From Ignavibacteria bacterium (lineage in GTDB: Bacteria; Bacteroidota; Ignavibacteria; Tepidaquicellales; OLB5), in contig JAYRXC010000023.1 of NCBI GenBank assembly GCA_041917655.1, positions 89,809-153,808 on the forward strand: DNA of 64,000 bases, written 5' to 3'. This document shows positions 18,401 to 27,181 of this stretch, in pieces. The translations under genes were made by a program, and so were the position numbers. The number at the start of each line of letters is the position of its first letter. The first letter of the stretch is position 1. The notes beneath the pieces were generated by a model. That model saw nothing but the letters and a program-made list of their open reading frames with translations. It ran no database searches and had not been told where the DNA came from.

Positions 18401-19176
18401 GCGGCCGTGCCAATTGTTCCCGGGTTAGTTAAAGTAATTGTTGTGCCCTGGAAATCAGAGATCTCAATCTTACCGCTTCTTGAACGGTTCACTATATCGT
18501 TGTATGAATCAAAGAACTGCCTGAAGTTCATCTTTTCAGCGCCTTTGATATTTGGCACTATCAATGAACGCGAGCCGTCTTTCTTTTCGAGGTCTATCGC
18601 GAGGCCGAGGTTTATCCCGCTCTTTTTTATAAGGTGCGGAAGCCCGTTGATAACTGTGAATGCATTGTTAAGCGCGGGAATTGAACCGAGCGCTTTTACG
18701 ATTGCCCACCCGATTATATGGGTGAATGAAATTTTACTGCTATTGGTCTTCTTAAGAAAGTTGTTTATTATCAGCCTGTTCTCTTCCAGCACTTTTACCG
18801 GCATTGCGCGGAATGAAGTAGCAATGGGAATAGTAAGGCTTGTTGTCATGTTTTCGATAATTCTCTCGCCAACACCTTTGATCTGTACGGCTTCTTCACC
18901 CTGCTGCGGCTGCGGCATGTTGATCTTTGCCGAAGGCTGCTGCTCACTGTAATTGACGTATGTGCCTGTCTGTAAAGGGGCCTGAGAACCTTCTTTATTG
19001 ATATATTGCCTGCCGTTTGCTTTAATATTGAGACTGCTAAACAGGTCCTGCCAGTCTTGAGCTACGGAATTTGGATTGTTCAGGTAGTTTTCGAGTAACT
19101 CCATGACAAACCATGTATTTACGCCAAATTCCGCGAGTTTTTCACGCTGCTCTTGTGTTAAATCTTCTAATTTCAT
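15487..19176 (-). CDS. sucA: 2-oxoglutarate dehydrogenase E1 fused to an N-terminal E2-type acyltransferase domain (OdhA/Kgd-like, 1229 aa)
   Basis: E2 catalytic region [14 protein letters not shown]. E1o motifs [22 protein letters not shown] and [23 protein letters not shown]. Confidence 0.9.
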   Translation of the reverse strand: [1229 protein letters not shown]

Positions 19177-19333
19177 AGTTTATTTTTGAATAACTGCAAA
19201 TTTAATCAAAATTAAAACCAAGTTCACTTCATTAATTGAGTCTAATATAAATGCTTGTGAAATAGATTACTTAAAAAAGAACGACAACCCTGAGGATTGC
19301 CGTATTAAATGTCACTTGTATGAAAGCCAAATA

Positions 19334-20803
19334 TCAGTTAAGAGGTATCCTTACATCAACTACAGTACCCTTACCGTTTTCTCCATTCATTTTCCAGAGC
19401 CCTCCTAGTATTAACACTCTTTCTTTCATGCCGAGTATTCCCAGGGAACTGCCCTTTTCCATTTCAGCATCGGTAATACCTCTTCCATTATCAGCAACCT
19501 GCAGTAATAACCAGCCGTTTTTTTGAGCAACATCTATCTTAAGCTCGGTTGCACCGGAGTGCCTTGCCGCATTAGTTAATGTTTCCTGGAAGATCCTGAA
19601 AATTGAAATTGACTTTTCGGGTTTAAGCTCGATCTCTCCTTCATAGATATCAGCGATACATTTTATCCCGGTCCTTTTTTCAAACTCGCTTGCGTGCCAT
19701 TCAATTGCTTCGGTGAGTCCGAGTTTATCCAGAATATCGGGCCGCAGCTCGGTCGCAATTTTTCTAACCTTGTTAATTATCGCGTCAATACTTCCGCTCA
19801 TGTTTTTAAGTTCGCCGCATACTCCTTCAAGCTCGGGTATATTTTTTTCTTTAGCCATTTTAGCCGAGTTTTTTCCAAGCATAGAAAGGTCCATTTTCAG
19901 TACGGTTAGGTCCTGGCCCAACTGGTCGTGGATTTCCCTGGCAATGTAAAGTCTTTCTTCCTCCCTTACGCGCTGCTGATAGTTTGATAGCGCCCTCAGC
20001 TTTTGAGTGGTTTCTTCAAGCCGCTCTTCGTAGTTCTTTCTTTCGGTTACATCGGTTACAATTGCCTCAATGGTTTCAGAATCGCTGTTTGAATTCTTTA
20101 CTACAACACTTCGCTGGTTAAGCCATACTTCCTTGCCGGTCCTGTGGATAATCTTGAATTCAAACGGAAGGGTAATATTGGATTTCATAACCTGCTGCTT
20201 CGAGAACATGTATTGTTCTTTCCATTCAGGATGAACCAGGCTATCGAGCAATCCCGGTGTTTCATAATAATCTTCGGGAGAGTAGCCTGTGATCTTTAAT
20301 GCTGAAGCATTAACGTACTTGTAGTTGAGCTTCGCTGCATCCTGGCTCAAGATCATATCCGCTGCATTTTCCGAAAGCCTGAAATATTTATCTTCAGCTG
20401 CTTTGAGCCTGTTTTCAACGTCAAATCTGTACATTGCAGAGTTGATCGCAGTATTAAGGTCCCGGTCATCCAGCGGTTTCGTTATGTAACCGTACGGATT
20501 AGTACCTTTGGTTTTTTCGATGGTATCTTCATCCTGGTGTGCGGTTATATAAACAATCGGAGTCTTGAGGGTTTCATTGATGATCCTGGCCGCTTCTATG
20601 CCATCAATACTCCCTTTTAGAGTAATATCCATTAAGATCAGGTCAGGTTTGCATTCGGCGGCAAGCCTTATGGCGTCTTCGCCTTTGGATACTGCGCCAG
20701 CTGATTCATGACCAATCCTTTTTAAAGTAGATTCAATATCTTTGGCAATGATCTTCTCGTCTTCTACAACAAGAATTTTGGCTTTTTTAAATATCAGGTT
20801 CAT
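19334..20803 (-). CDS. Hybrid response regulator-histidine kinase (REC-PAS-HisKA_3-HATPase)
   Basis: REC (KILVVEDE..DLILMDI), H-box EIHDQLGQDLTVL, ATPase G-boxes DNGRGI and LGILGMKERV. Confidence 0.85.
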   Translation of the reverse strand: MNLIFKKAKILVVEDEKIIAKDIESTLKRIGHESAGAVSKGEDAIRLAAECKPDLILMDITLKGSIDGIEAARIINETLKTPIVYITAHQDEDTIEKTKGTNPYGYITKPLDDRDLNTAINSAMYRFDVENRLKAAEDKYFRLSENAADMILSQDAAKLNYKYVNASALKITGYSPEDYYETPGLLDSLVHPEWKEQYMFSKQQVMKSNITLPFEFKIIHRTGKEVWLNQRSVVVKNSNSDSETIEAIVTDVTERKNYEERLEETTQKLRALSNYQQRVREEERLYIAREIHDQLGQDLTVLKMDLSMLGKNSAKMAKEKNIPELEGVCGELKNMSGSIDAIINKVRKIATELRPDILDKLGLTEAIEWHASEFEKRTGIKCIADIYEGEIELKPEKSISIFRIFQETLTNAARHSGATELKIDVAQKNGWLLLQVADNGRGITDAEMEKGSSLGILGMKERVLILGGLWKMNGENGKGTVVDVRIPLN

Positions 20804-20815
20804 GAGTTTTGTGAT

Positions 20816-23800
20816 TTAATGAGCACTCTTTGATTTTATGATCTGATCAAAGAAAGAAATACGTATTTCAGTACCATTTTGTGTGTTTACTTCAATTGTT
20901 CCTTCAAGCTGCTCTGTCAGTGTTTTAACAAGCTCCATCCCAAGAGTTGAGGACTTTTCAAAATCCAGAGCTGCAGCGCCTGAGCCGTTATCTTTTATTA
21001 TTAATATGTTCTTTATTTCTTCTTCTTTTAACAGGGATACGGTTATTTCACCTTTTTTTGTATTAACGAAAGCATGTTTAAGCGAATTTGTAACCAGTTC
21101 ATTCACAATAAGTCCGCATGGCAGGGCAGTATCAATGGCGAAGTAAATTTCATCTACCCGCATGTTCAGCCCTATATCAGATCTCTTCACATCATATGCA
21201 AAGAAAAGGTAATTACAAAGCTCTTCAAGGTACTGCCGGAAATCGATCTTTGTCAGGTCTTTAGTACGGTATAGCTGCTGATGTATCAATGCCATGCTTC
21301 TTACCCTCTGTTCGCTCATCTTTAGATAGCCAATAGCGGCAGCATCGGTTATGGTTTCAGACTGAAGCCTTAACAGGCTGGAGACTACCTGCAGGTTGTT
21401 CTTCACCCTGTGGTGAATCTCTTTCAGCATCAGTTCTTTTTCGCCCAGAGATCTTAGCAGCTCATCGTTAATAAGTTTAATATCAGTTATGTCCTGGAGG
21501 GTTCCCTGGACTCCCTTAATATTTCCGCGGTGATCAACGATCGGTTCTCCTACAATTTTCACGTAACGAACTTCCCCGTTTGGCCTGATTATCCTGTCTT
21601 CATTGGTATAATGTAATTCTTTTTCGATAGCACCAAGAAGTTTTTGCCGGGTGCGTTCGCGGTCATCAGGATGAATGTAATTCATCGCTTCTTCAAACGA
21701 AAAGCTGTCTGAATCATGCAGTATACCAAGGATCCTGTAAATTTCATTGGAATTGTATATCCGGTTATCTTCTGAATTGTACGTCCAGCTTCCAATATGC
21801 GCGATCCTCTGGGCTCCTTCAAGGTTCTCCCGTATTTCACTGATTTCGTTTTCCTTGTTTATCCTTTCTGCGATCTCAGTTTGTGCCCTCTGGTATAAAG
21901 ATGCGTTCAGGGTTGCAGCCGTGATACTTCCGGCAAGTGATTCAAGTATCCTTAAATCGTTTTCGTTATAGGCATTTTCTTTATAACTCAATACCTGGAT
22001 AACACCTATAACGTCCTCATCCATTTTCAGTGGTACAACAAGCGCAGACGCGTACATTTTACGGTTCTGCGGATCCGCGGTTGAAAGAGTATACCGGTTA
22101 ATGGTTTTGCTGTATTGTTCGTGATAATTTAGTATCAGCCTGGACTCACCTGTCCTGATAACGGTACTTTGTATTCCGAATCCTTCAGGCGCAAGGGGAA
22201 GCGGCTTAAACAATGCAACTTCCGGCTTTTGTCCGTCTGCCCATGCGGAAACAATTGAGATCATTTGCGTTTTTGCGTCGAAGGATGAAATCAGCATTGA
22301 ATCGCAGGGCATTATTCCTGTAACGGTTTTGTAGGAATTCTCATACACTTTTTCAATATCAAGAGATCCCGAAAGCTTCTTCTGTGCCTCGTACAGTATG
22401 CTTAGTTCATTGGTCCTTGCCTTTAGGGCATTTTCAGCTTTTTCTTTTTCAATCAGCTCGTTCTGAGCTTTTTTGTAAAGCAGTGCGTTCACAGTGGCAG
22501 CAGTGACCTGTTTAGAAAGCGATTCAAGCGTTCTGAGATCCTTTTCGCTGAATGCATTTGCTTCGAAACTGAACGCTGTAATTACTCCCACAACACTCTT
22601 GCCAAGCTTCATGGGAACGAACAATGCAGAACGGGTCACTTCCTCGTTACTGTCTATTTTCTCATTTTCATTATCATAATCAATTATATTCCCGCTTTCA
22701 TCAAAGTAGTATTTTCCGTTGTATTTCCTGATGACTTCATCAAAGTTGTTTACTATCAGCGATTTTCCTGTTTTAATTGCCTCACCCTGTGTTCCTTCGG
22801 TCCTTTCCGGGAGGCGAATAGGCGGAAATGCTGTATGGTCATGTCGGGTATCCTCTATCCATGCTCCTGTACAGCGTATCATATTATCTGATTCATCATA
22901 GCTTGAAATTATCATCGAAGCGCAGCGGATCAGTTTTTTAAGGTACATATAAAGCTTTTCATATATTACTTCCGTTTCCAGCGAGCTCGAGAGATCTCTT
23001 TCTGCATCATGCAGCAGAACAATTTCTTCAGATTGTTTTCTTAGAGCCAGCTGGGCTTTTTCCTTCTCCGCAATTTCCGCCTGTGACTGCTGGTAAAGCC
23101 TTGCATTAGCGGTAGCCGCGGATAACTGTGCTGAAAGGCCTTCCAGCAGCCTTAGGTCATCTGAATCGAATGCGTTAAGCTTGTAGCTCATAACGTGGAT
23201 GACACCTATGACCTTGCCTTCAAGCTTCATGGGCACAAGCAGCGCTGATTGAGTTCTTGAAGCTTTAGCCGGCATCCTGCCTTTTAAGACACCCTTCTTA
23301 TCATAATAATAATTATTAATGCTTTTTTTGAGCTCCTCTTCGTAATCATTTATTATCATAGATGAGCCTGTCCTGATGACCCTGCTTTGAATTCCGTGGC
23401 CCTCCGGTTCGAGAGGAAGAAGCGGAAACTTTGTTACGTCCATTTTCCTGTTTTCATGCCAGGAAGCAATGCATTTTATCATCCCGGAGTCAATATCGAA
23501 AGAAGAAATATGCATCGAATCACAGAGTATGTGTTCTTTTATAATGCTGTATATGCTGTCATAAATTTCTCTTGTATGCAATGAAGCAGAGATTTCCTGC
23601 GAAGCCTGGTATAAAAGGTTTATCTCAGAGTTTCTTTTTTTCAGGCTCTCTTCTGCCCGCAGCCTTTCAGTAACATCATTGGCAAGAATCAATATTGCGT
23701 TCTTGCCATCAAAAATTATTGGTGTACGGGTTATTTCAACATCAATAACTTCACCGTTCTTTTTTTTGTGTTTCCATATTCCGGCATTCCCGGAAAAGTT

Positions 23801-25378
23801 CTTTTTGCGGGATCTTACAAGCTTGCTTCTGAACTTCATGTAAACTTTTGCTTCCTGTTTCGGCCGAATATCTATGAGGGTCATTTTCAGGAACTCCTCC
23901 CTGGAATACCCGTAGTGTTTTATTGCGGCTTCGTTTACATCTATAAATTTCAAAGTATCAAAATCAAACAGCCACATTGGCTGCGGGTTGCCGTAGAACA
24001 ATAGCCTGTATTGTTCCTCGGATTTCTTCAGGTTATCTTCCGCGGTTTTCCGGGCTGTAATATCAAGCAGGTATCCCTGCACGCTCATCAACCTGCCGTC
24101 TGAATCATATTTCCCGATTGTGTTCTCTAGAACGATAACTTTTTTCCCGTTCCTTGTAGTTATTGTTCTTTCATGTACCGGTATTTTTTCTCCTTTTTGC
24201 AGCAGTGAAACGAAACCCGTATTTGCAAATTCATCTGAAAATATCCTGAATTTGCGCGATTTAAGAGCGCCAGCTCTGCTTACGAATCCAATAAGCTTGG
24301 CAAAGGCATCATTGCACAGGATCAGCTTACCATTTGTATCCGCAACATAGTTGCCCGTCAGGTCTTCTTCGAATAGCTGACGGTATTGCTCCTCCCTTTC
24401 GCTTAGAGCCAGCTCTGCCAGCTTTCTTTCGGTAGTGTTTATGTGCATTACTACCGCGCCTCTTTTCTTCTTCCTGTCTATTGGGGTCGCAATCAGCCTG
24501 AACCATCTTCTCTCAGTTAACGAATGGCATGGGTATTCTATCTGGAACTCTTTAAGTGTACCGTTCAGGACCTTTTGAATACTGGATGCAATGTGCCATC
24601 CGTTTTCAGAGCACTCTCCCTTTGATTCACGCGAGATTTTAAGGTAATTCGTACCTATTCCATAGTTTCTTTCGGGGGGTAAGTTGTTTTGGTCTGCAAA
24701 CAGCCGCCAGGATTCATTTACAGTAACGATCACTCCGTTCTTATCCAGCATGGCAATATGGGCGGGAAGTGCATTCTGAATTGAAGTAAGCAGCTTCATA
24801 TAGCCCTTCTGAAGCTCAAAGCTTTCCAGCAGCTCTTCCTGGGCGTGTTTTCTGAACGTAATATCGGTTATGTTGCCTATATAACACTCCGGTTTACCTT
24901 TGGAAAAAACAACAGTGTGGTTATCTGCAAGCCATTTGTATTCTCCCGAAGGCATTTTTATCCTGTATTCAATGTAAAGGTTTTTGTTTTTCCTCCCTTT
25001 CAGGTCAAAGAGCATCTTAACATGTTTTACAACCCGTTTTTTATCTTTTGGATGAAGAAGGGGTGTAAGGACAGCACGGCGCCTGGTTATAAATACTTCC
25101 GGTTCTATACCGAGAATATCTGTAGAAGAAGGGCTGATGTATTCGTAACCGCCTTTGGTAAGGTTGAACTTATAAATTACATCACGTGAATTTTCCAGGA
25201 GCTGGCGGTAAGTCTCTTCGCTTTCGACAAACTTCTCTATTTTCTTGCCGGCTGAATGTTTTGATCTCGATTTGCCATCTTTAAGGATCGGGTGAAGCGA
25301 TGCGCTCATCTTACTTTCTTCTGAACCTTGATTGACTAAAGGGAAATCTTTACTGGTCTTTTTGATGATCCTTGCCAC
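20816..25378 (-). CDS. 1520-aa multi-PAS / triple-GAF sensor histidine kinase (HisKA_2/HWE-type)
   Basis: Repeated PAS blocks, three ~190-aa GAF-like repeats, H-box EIHHRVKNNLQVVSSLLRLQ. The annotated start is GTG; an alternative ATG lies at 25309. Confidence 0.85.
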   Translation of the reverse strand: MARIIKKTSKDFPLVNQGSEESKMSASLHPILKDGKSRSKHSAGKKIEKFVESEETYRQLLENSRDVIYKFNLTKGGYEYISPSSTDILGIEPEVFITRRRAVLTPLLHPKDKKRVVKHVKMLFDLKGRKNKNLYIEYRIKMPSGEYKWLADNHTVVFSKGKPECYIGNITDITFRKHAQEELLESFELQKGYMKLLTSIQNALPAHIAMLDKNGVIVTVNESWRLFADQNNLPPERNYGIGTNYLKISRESKGECSENGWHIASSIQKVLNGTLKEFQIEYPCHSLTERRWFRLIATPIDRKKKRGAVVMHINTTERKLAELALSEREEQYRQLFEEDLTGNYVADTNGKLILCNDAFAKLIGFVSRAGALKSRKFRIFSDEFANTGFVSLLQKGEKIPVHERTITTRNGKKVIVLENTIGKYDSDGRLMSVQGYLLDITARKTAEDNLKKSEEQYRLLFYGNPQPMWLFDFDTLKFIDVNEAAIKHYGYSREEFLKMTLIDIRPKQEAKVYMKFRSKLVRSRKKNFSGNAGIWKHKKKNGEVIDVEITRTPIIFDGKNAILILANDVTERLRAEESLKKRNSEINLLYQASQEISASLHTREIYDSIYSIIKEHILCDSMHISSFDIDSGMIKCIASWHENRKMDVTKFPLLPLEPEGHGIQSRVIRTGSSMIINDYEEELKKSINNYYYDKKGVLKGRMPAKASRTQSALLVPMKLEGKVIGVIHVMSYKLNAFDSDDLRLLEGLSAQLSAATANARLYQQSQAEIAEKEKAQLALRKQSEEIVLLHDAERDLSSSLETEVIYEKLYMYLKKLIRCASMIISSYDESDNMIRCTGAWIEDTRHDHTAFPPIRLPERTEGTQGEAIKTGKSLIVNNFDEVIRKYNGKYYFDESGNIIDYDNENEKIDSNEEVTRSALFVPMKLGKSVVGVITAFSFEANAFSEKDLRTLESLSKQVTAATVNALLYKKAQNELIEKEKAENALKARTNELSILYEAQKKLSGSLDIEKVYENSYKTVTGIMPCDSMLISSFDAKTQMISIVSAWADGQKPEVALFKPLPLAPEGFGIQSTVIRTGESRLILNYHEQYSKTINRYTLSTADPQNRKMYASALVVPLKMDEDVIGVIQVLSYKENAYNENDLRILESLAGSITAATLNASLYQRAQTEIAERINKENEISEIRENLEGAQRIAHIGSWTYNSEDNRIYNSNEIYRILGILHDSDSFSFEEAMNYIHPDDRERTRQKLLGAIEKELHYTNEDRIIRPNGEVRYVKIVGEPIVDHRGNIKGVQGTLQDITDIKLINDELLRSLGEKELMLKEIHHRVKNNLQVVSSLLRLQSETITDAAAIGYLKMSEQRVRSMALIHQQLYRTKDLTKIDFRQYLEELCNYLFFAYDVKRSDIGLNMRVDEIYFAIDTALPCGLIVNELVTNSLKHAFVNTKKGEITVSLLKEEEIKNILIIKDNGSGAAALDFEKSSTLGMELVKTLTEQLEGTIEVNTQNGTEIRISFFDQIIKSKSAH

Positions 25379-25614
25379 TTTCTATAATAACAGCGCTATA
25401 TTAATTTCATTAAACTTCTGCAAAGCTCAATTCATAAAGATCTTAAACTCTGCAAATAGTTATCTGACTGCAAACATGTGAAAGCAACTAAGTATTTAAT
25501 ATTTCATTACTTCCTAATATAGTTAATCATTGTTGATATTGATATAATCAAAAGTACTACAAACTAACCGCTTTATTTTATTGTTAGTTAGGGATATAAT
25601 TGCTAATTTGCAGC

Positions 25615-26070
25615 ATGAAAAAGATAATAATTGGTGCTGACCACCGTGGTTTTGGCTTAAAAGAAAAACTCAAACAATCACTTTCATCTGTATTTGATGT
25701 AATTGATGTTGGAACAAATTCAGAAACTTCTGTTGACTATCCCGATATTGCTGAAGCAGTTGTTAAACAGATCTACGGCAAAAATGCAGATAAAGGAATC
25801 CTGATTTGCGGAAGCGGAGTAGGTGCATGTGTTGCCGCAAATAAATTCAGGGGAATACGGGCAGGCATTTGTCATGATGTTTTTTCCGCGCACCAGGGCG
25901 TTGAAGATGATGACATGAATGTTCTCTGTCTTGGCAGCGGCATTGTTGGTGAATCACTTGCAGTGGAAATAATAAATTCATTTGCTAACGCGAAGCTGAA
26001 GCCTGAAGAAAGATACCTAAGAAGGCTTGAGAAAGTTAAAATGATCGAAGATAACAACGGGCAAAAGTAG
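25615..26070 (+). CDS. rpiB: Ribose-5-phosphate isomerase B
   Basis: MKKIIIGADHRGF..DYPD..ILICGSGVGACVAANKFRGIRAG. ATG at 25615 preferred over TTG at 25600. Confidence 0.85.
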   Translation: MKKIIIGADHRGFGLKEKLKQSLSSVFDVIDVGTNSETSVDYPDIAEAVVKQIYGKNADKGILICGSGVGACVAANKFRGIRAGICHDVFSAHQGVEDDDMNVLCLGSGIVGESLAVEIINSFANAKLKPEERYLRRLEKVKMIEDNNGQK

Positions 26071-26111
26071 ATGCGAAGAAGTGATGTAAGCTCCAGATGA
26101 TTATTTTCTGA

Positions 26112-26161
26112 TCAGTATTTGTGCATGTCAGTATTTGTGCAGGTCAGTATTTAAACGTGCA
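26112..26161. repeat. Three tandem copies of a 16-nt unit; the last copy is the 3' end of aat
   Basis: tcagtatttgtgcatg / tcagtatttgtgcagg / tcagtatttaaacgtgca starting at 26112, 26128 and 26144. Confidence 0.7.
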
Positions 26162-26755
26162 CCTTTTTTCCAGGGCTCTTTCAAGCAGCTCCAGGTATTT
26201 GCGCTTTGAAATTTCCACTGCGCCGAACTGCTCAAAATGTGATGTCATCATCTGTATATCAAAAAGGATGTATTCGTTTTCCTGAAGAATGCGGTACAGC
26301 TCAACTACGCAAACCTTTGATGCGTTATCTGCTTTCCTGAACATTGACTCACCAAAAAACGCACCCCTGTAGGCCACGCCGTAAAGACCGCCAGCAAGCT
26401 CACCCTCCTGCCAGGCCTCAACAGAATGAGCATAGCCGTTTTCAAAAAGCTCTGTGTAAGCTGTACGTATCATATCATTTATCCATGTGCTTTCGCGCTG
26501 TGCGCAAAGAGCCAGTACCTGTCTGAAGGCTGTATCTATCTTTATCTCAAAGATATCCTTTTTAATAACCTGTTTAAGCGAGCGTGAGATATTTATTCCC
26601 GCACCGGGTGAGCCGATAGGCATCACTGCACGGGGCGAAGCTTCGTACCATCCTATTGAGCCGTCTACTTCTCCCATGGGAAAAATACCCATCGCGTATC
26701 CGTTTAATACCTGCGGCCAGCTTAGTGTCTTGTATTTATAATCTGCCTCGCGCAA
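26144..26755 (-). CDS. aat: Leucyl/phenylalanyl-tRNA--protein transferase
   Basis: GYAMGIFPM, ESTWINDMI, GGLYGV..GAFFGESMF motifs. TTG start. Confidence 0.85.
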   Translation of the reverse strand: MREADYKYKTLSWPQVLNGYAMGIFPMGEVDGSIGWYEASPRAVMPIGSPGAGINISRSLKQVIKKDIFEIKIDTAFRQVLALCAQRESTWINDMIRTAYTELFENGYAHSVEAWQEGELAGGLYGVAYRGAFFGESMFRKADNASKVCVVELYRILQENEYILFDIQMMTSHFEQFGAVEISKRKYLELLERALEKRCTFKY

Positions 26756-26766
26756 AGGAATGGTGT

Positions 26767-27048
26767 TTATGCGTTTACTTCAATTGAAGTTCTGAGCCCG
26801 ATTTCCTCCAGTATGCTCTGTGCCGATAGGCACTTTCCAAGCTCTCCTGAGATCACTGCAGCGCGTCCTTTTTCATGCGCCTCCATCGTGATCGCCTCAG
26901 CTTTATCGTATCCGCATCCCGCTGCAAGCATAACCTGATTTATCACCTCTTCGAACTCATGATGAGAATCATTGAACAGAATGAGTGTAAAACCCTCCGT
27001 TGTGGTATCTATATCAACCGGATTTACCAGTTCATCTGTCTGCTGCAT
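26767..27048 (-). CDS. clpS: ATP-dependent Clp protease adaptor ClpS
   Basis: 93 aa with the ClpS core ILFNDSHHEFEEVINQVM...A..M.EAHEKGRAVV. Confidence 0.85.
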   Translation of the reverse strand: MQQTDELVNPVDIDTTTEGFTLILFNDSHHEFEEVINQVMLAAGCGYDKAEAITMEAHEKGRAAVISGELGKCLSAQSILEEIGLRTSIEVNA

Positions 27049-27181
27049 AAAAAATATTACTCTTCCGGATATAAGACTTTAAAAGTCTTAGTTTTTCATT
27101 TATAATTATTGTTAATAGTGAATAACCTGATTTCTGAATCATGCTGCAAAAAATGCTTCTTCAATCCGCGATCAGAAATCT

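Noticed and set aside
17659-18952. Long antisense ORFs inside large genes (17659-18198 and 18365-18952; also 27323-27802, 41858-42394, 13336-13704, 236-592)
   Set aside because: Each lies fully inside and antisense to a gene with strong motif support. Their composition is low-complexity or Ser/Leu/Phe-rich, as is typical of shadow ORFs.
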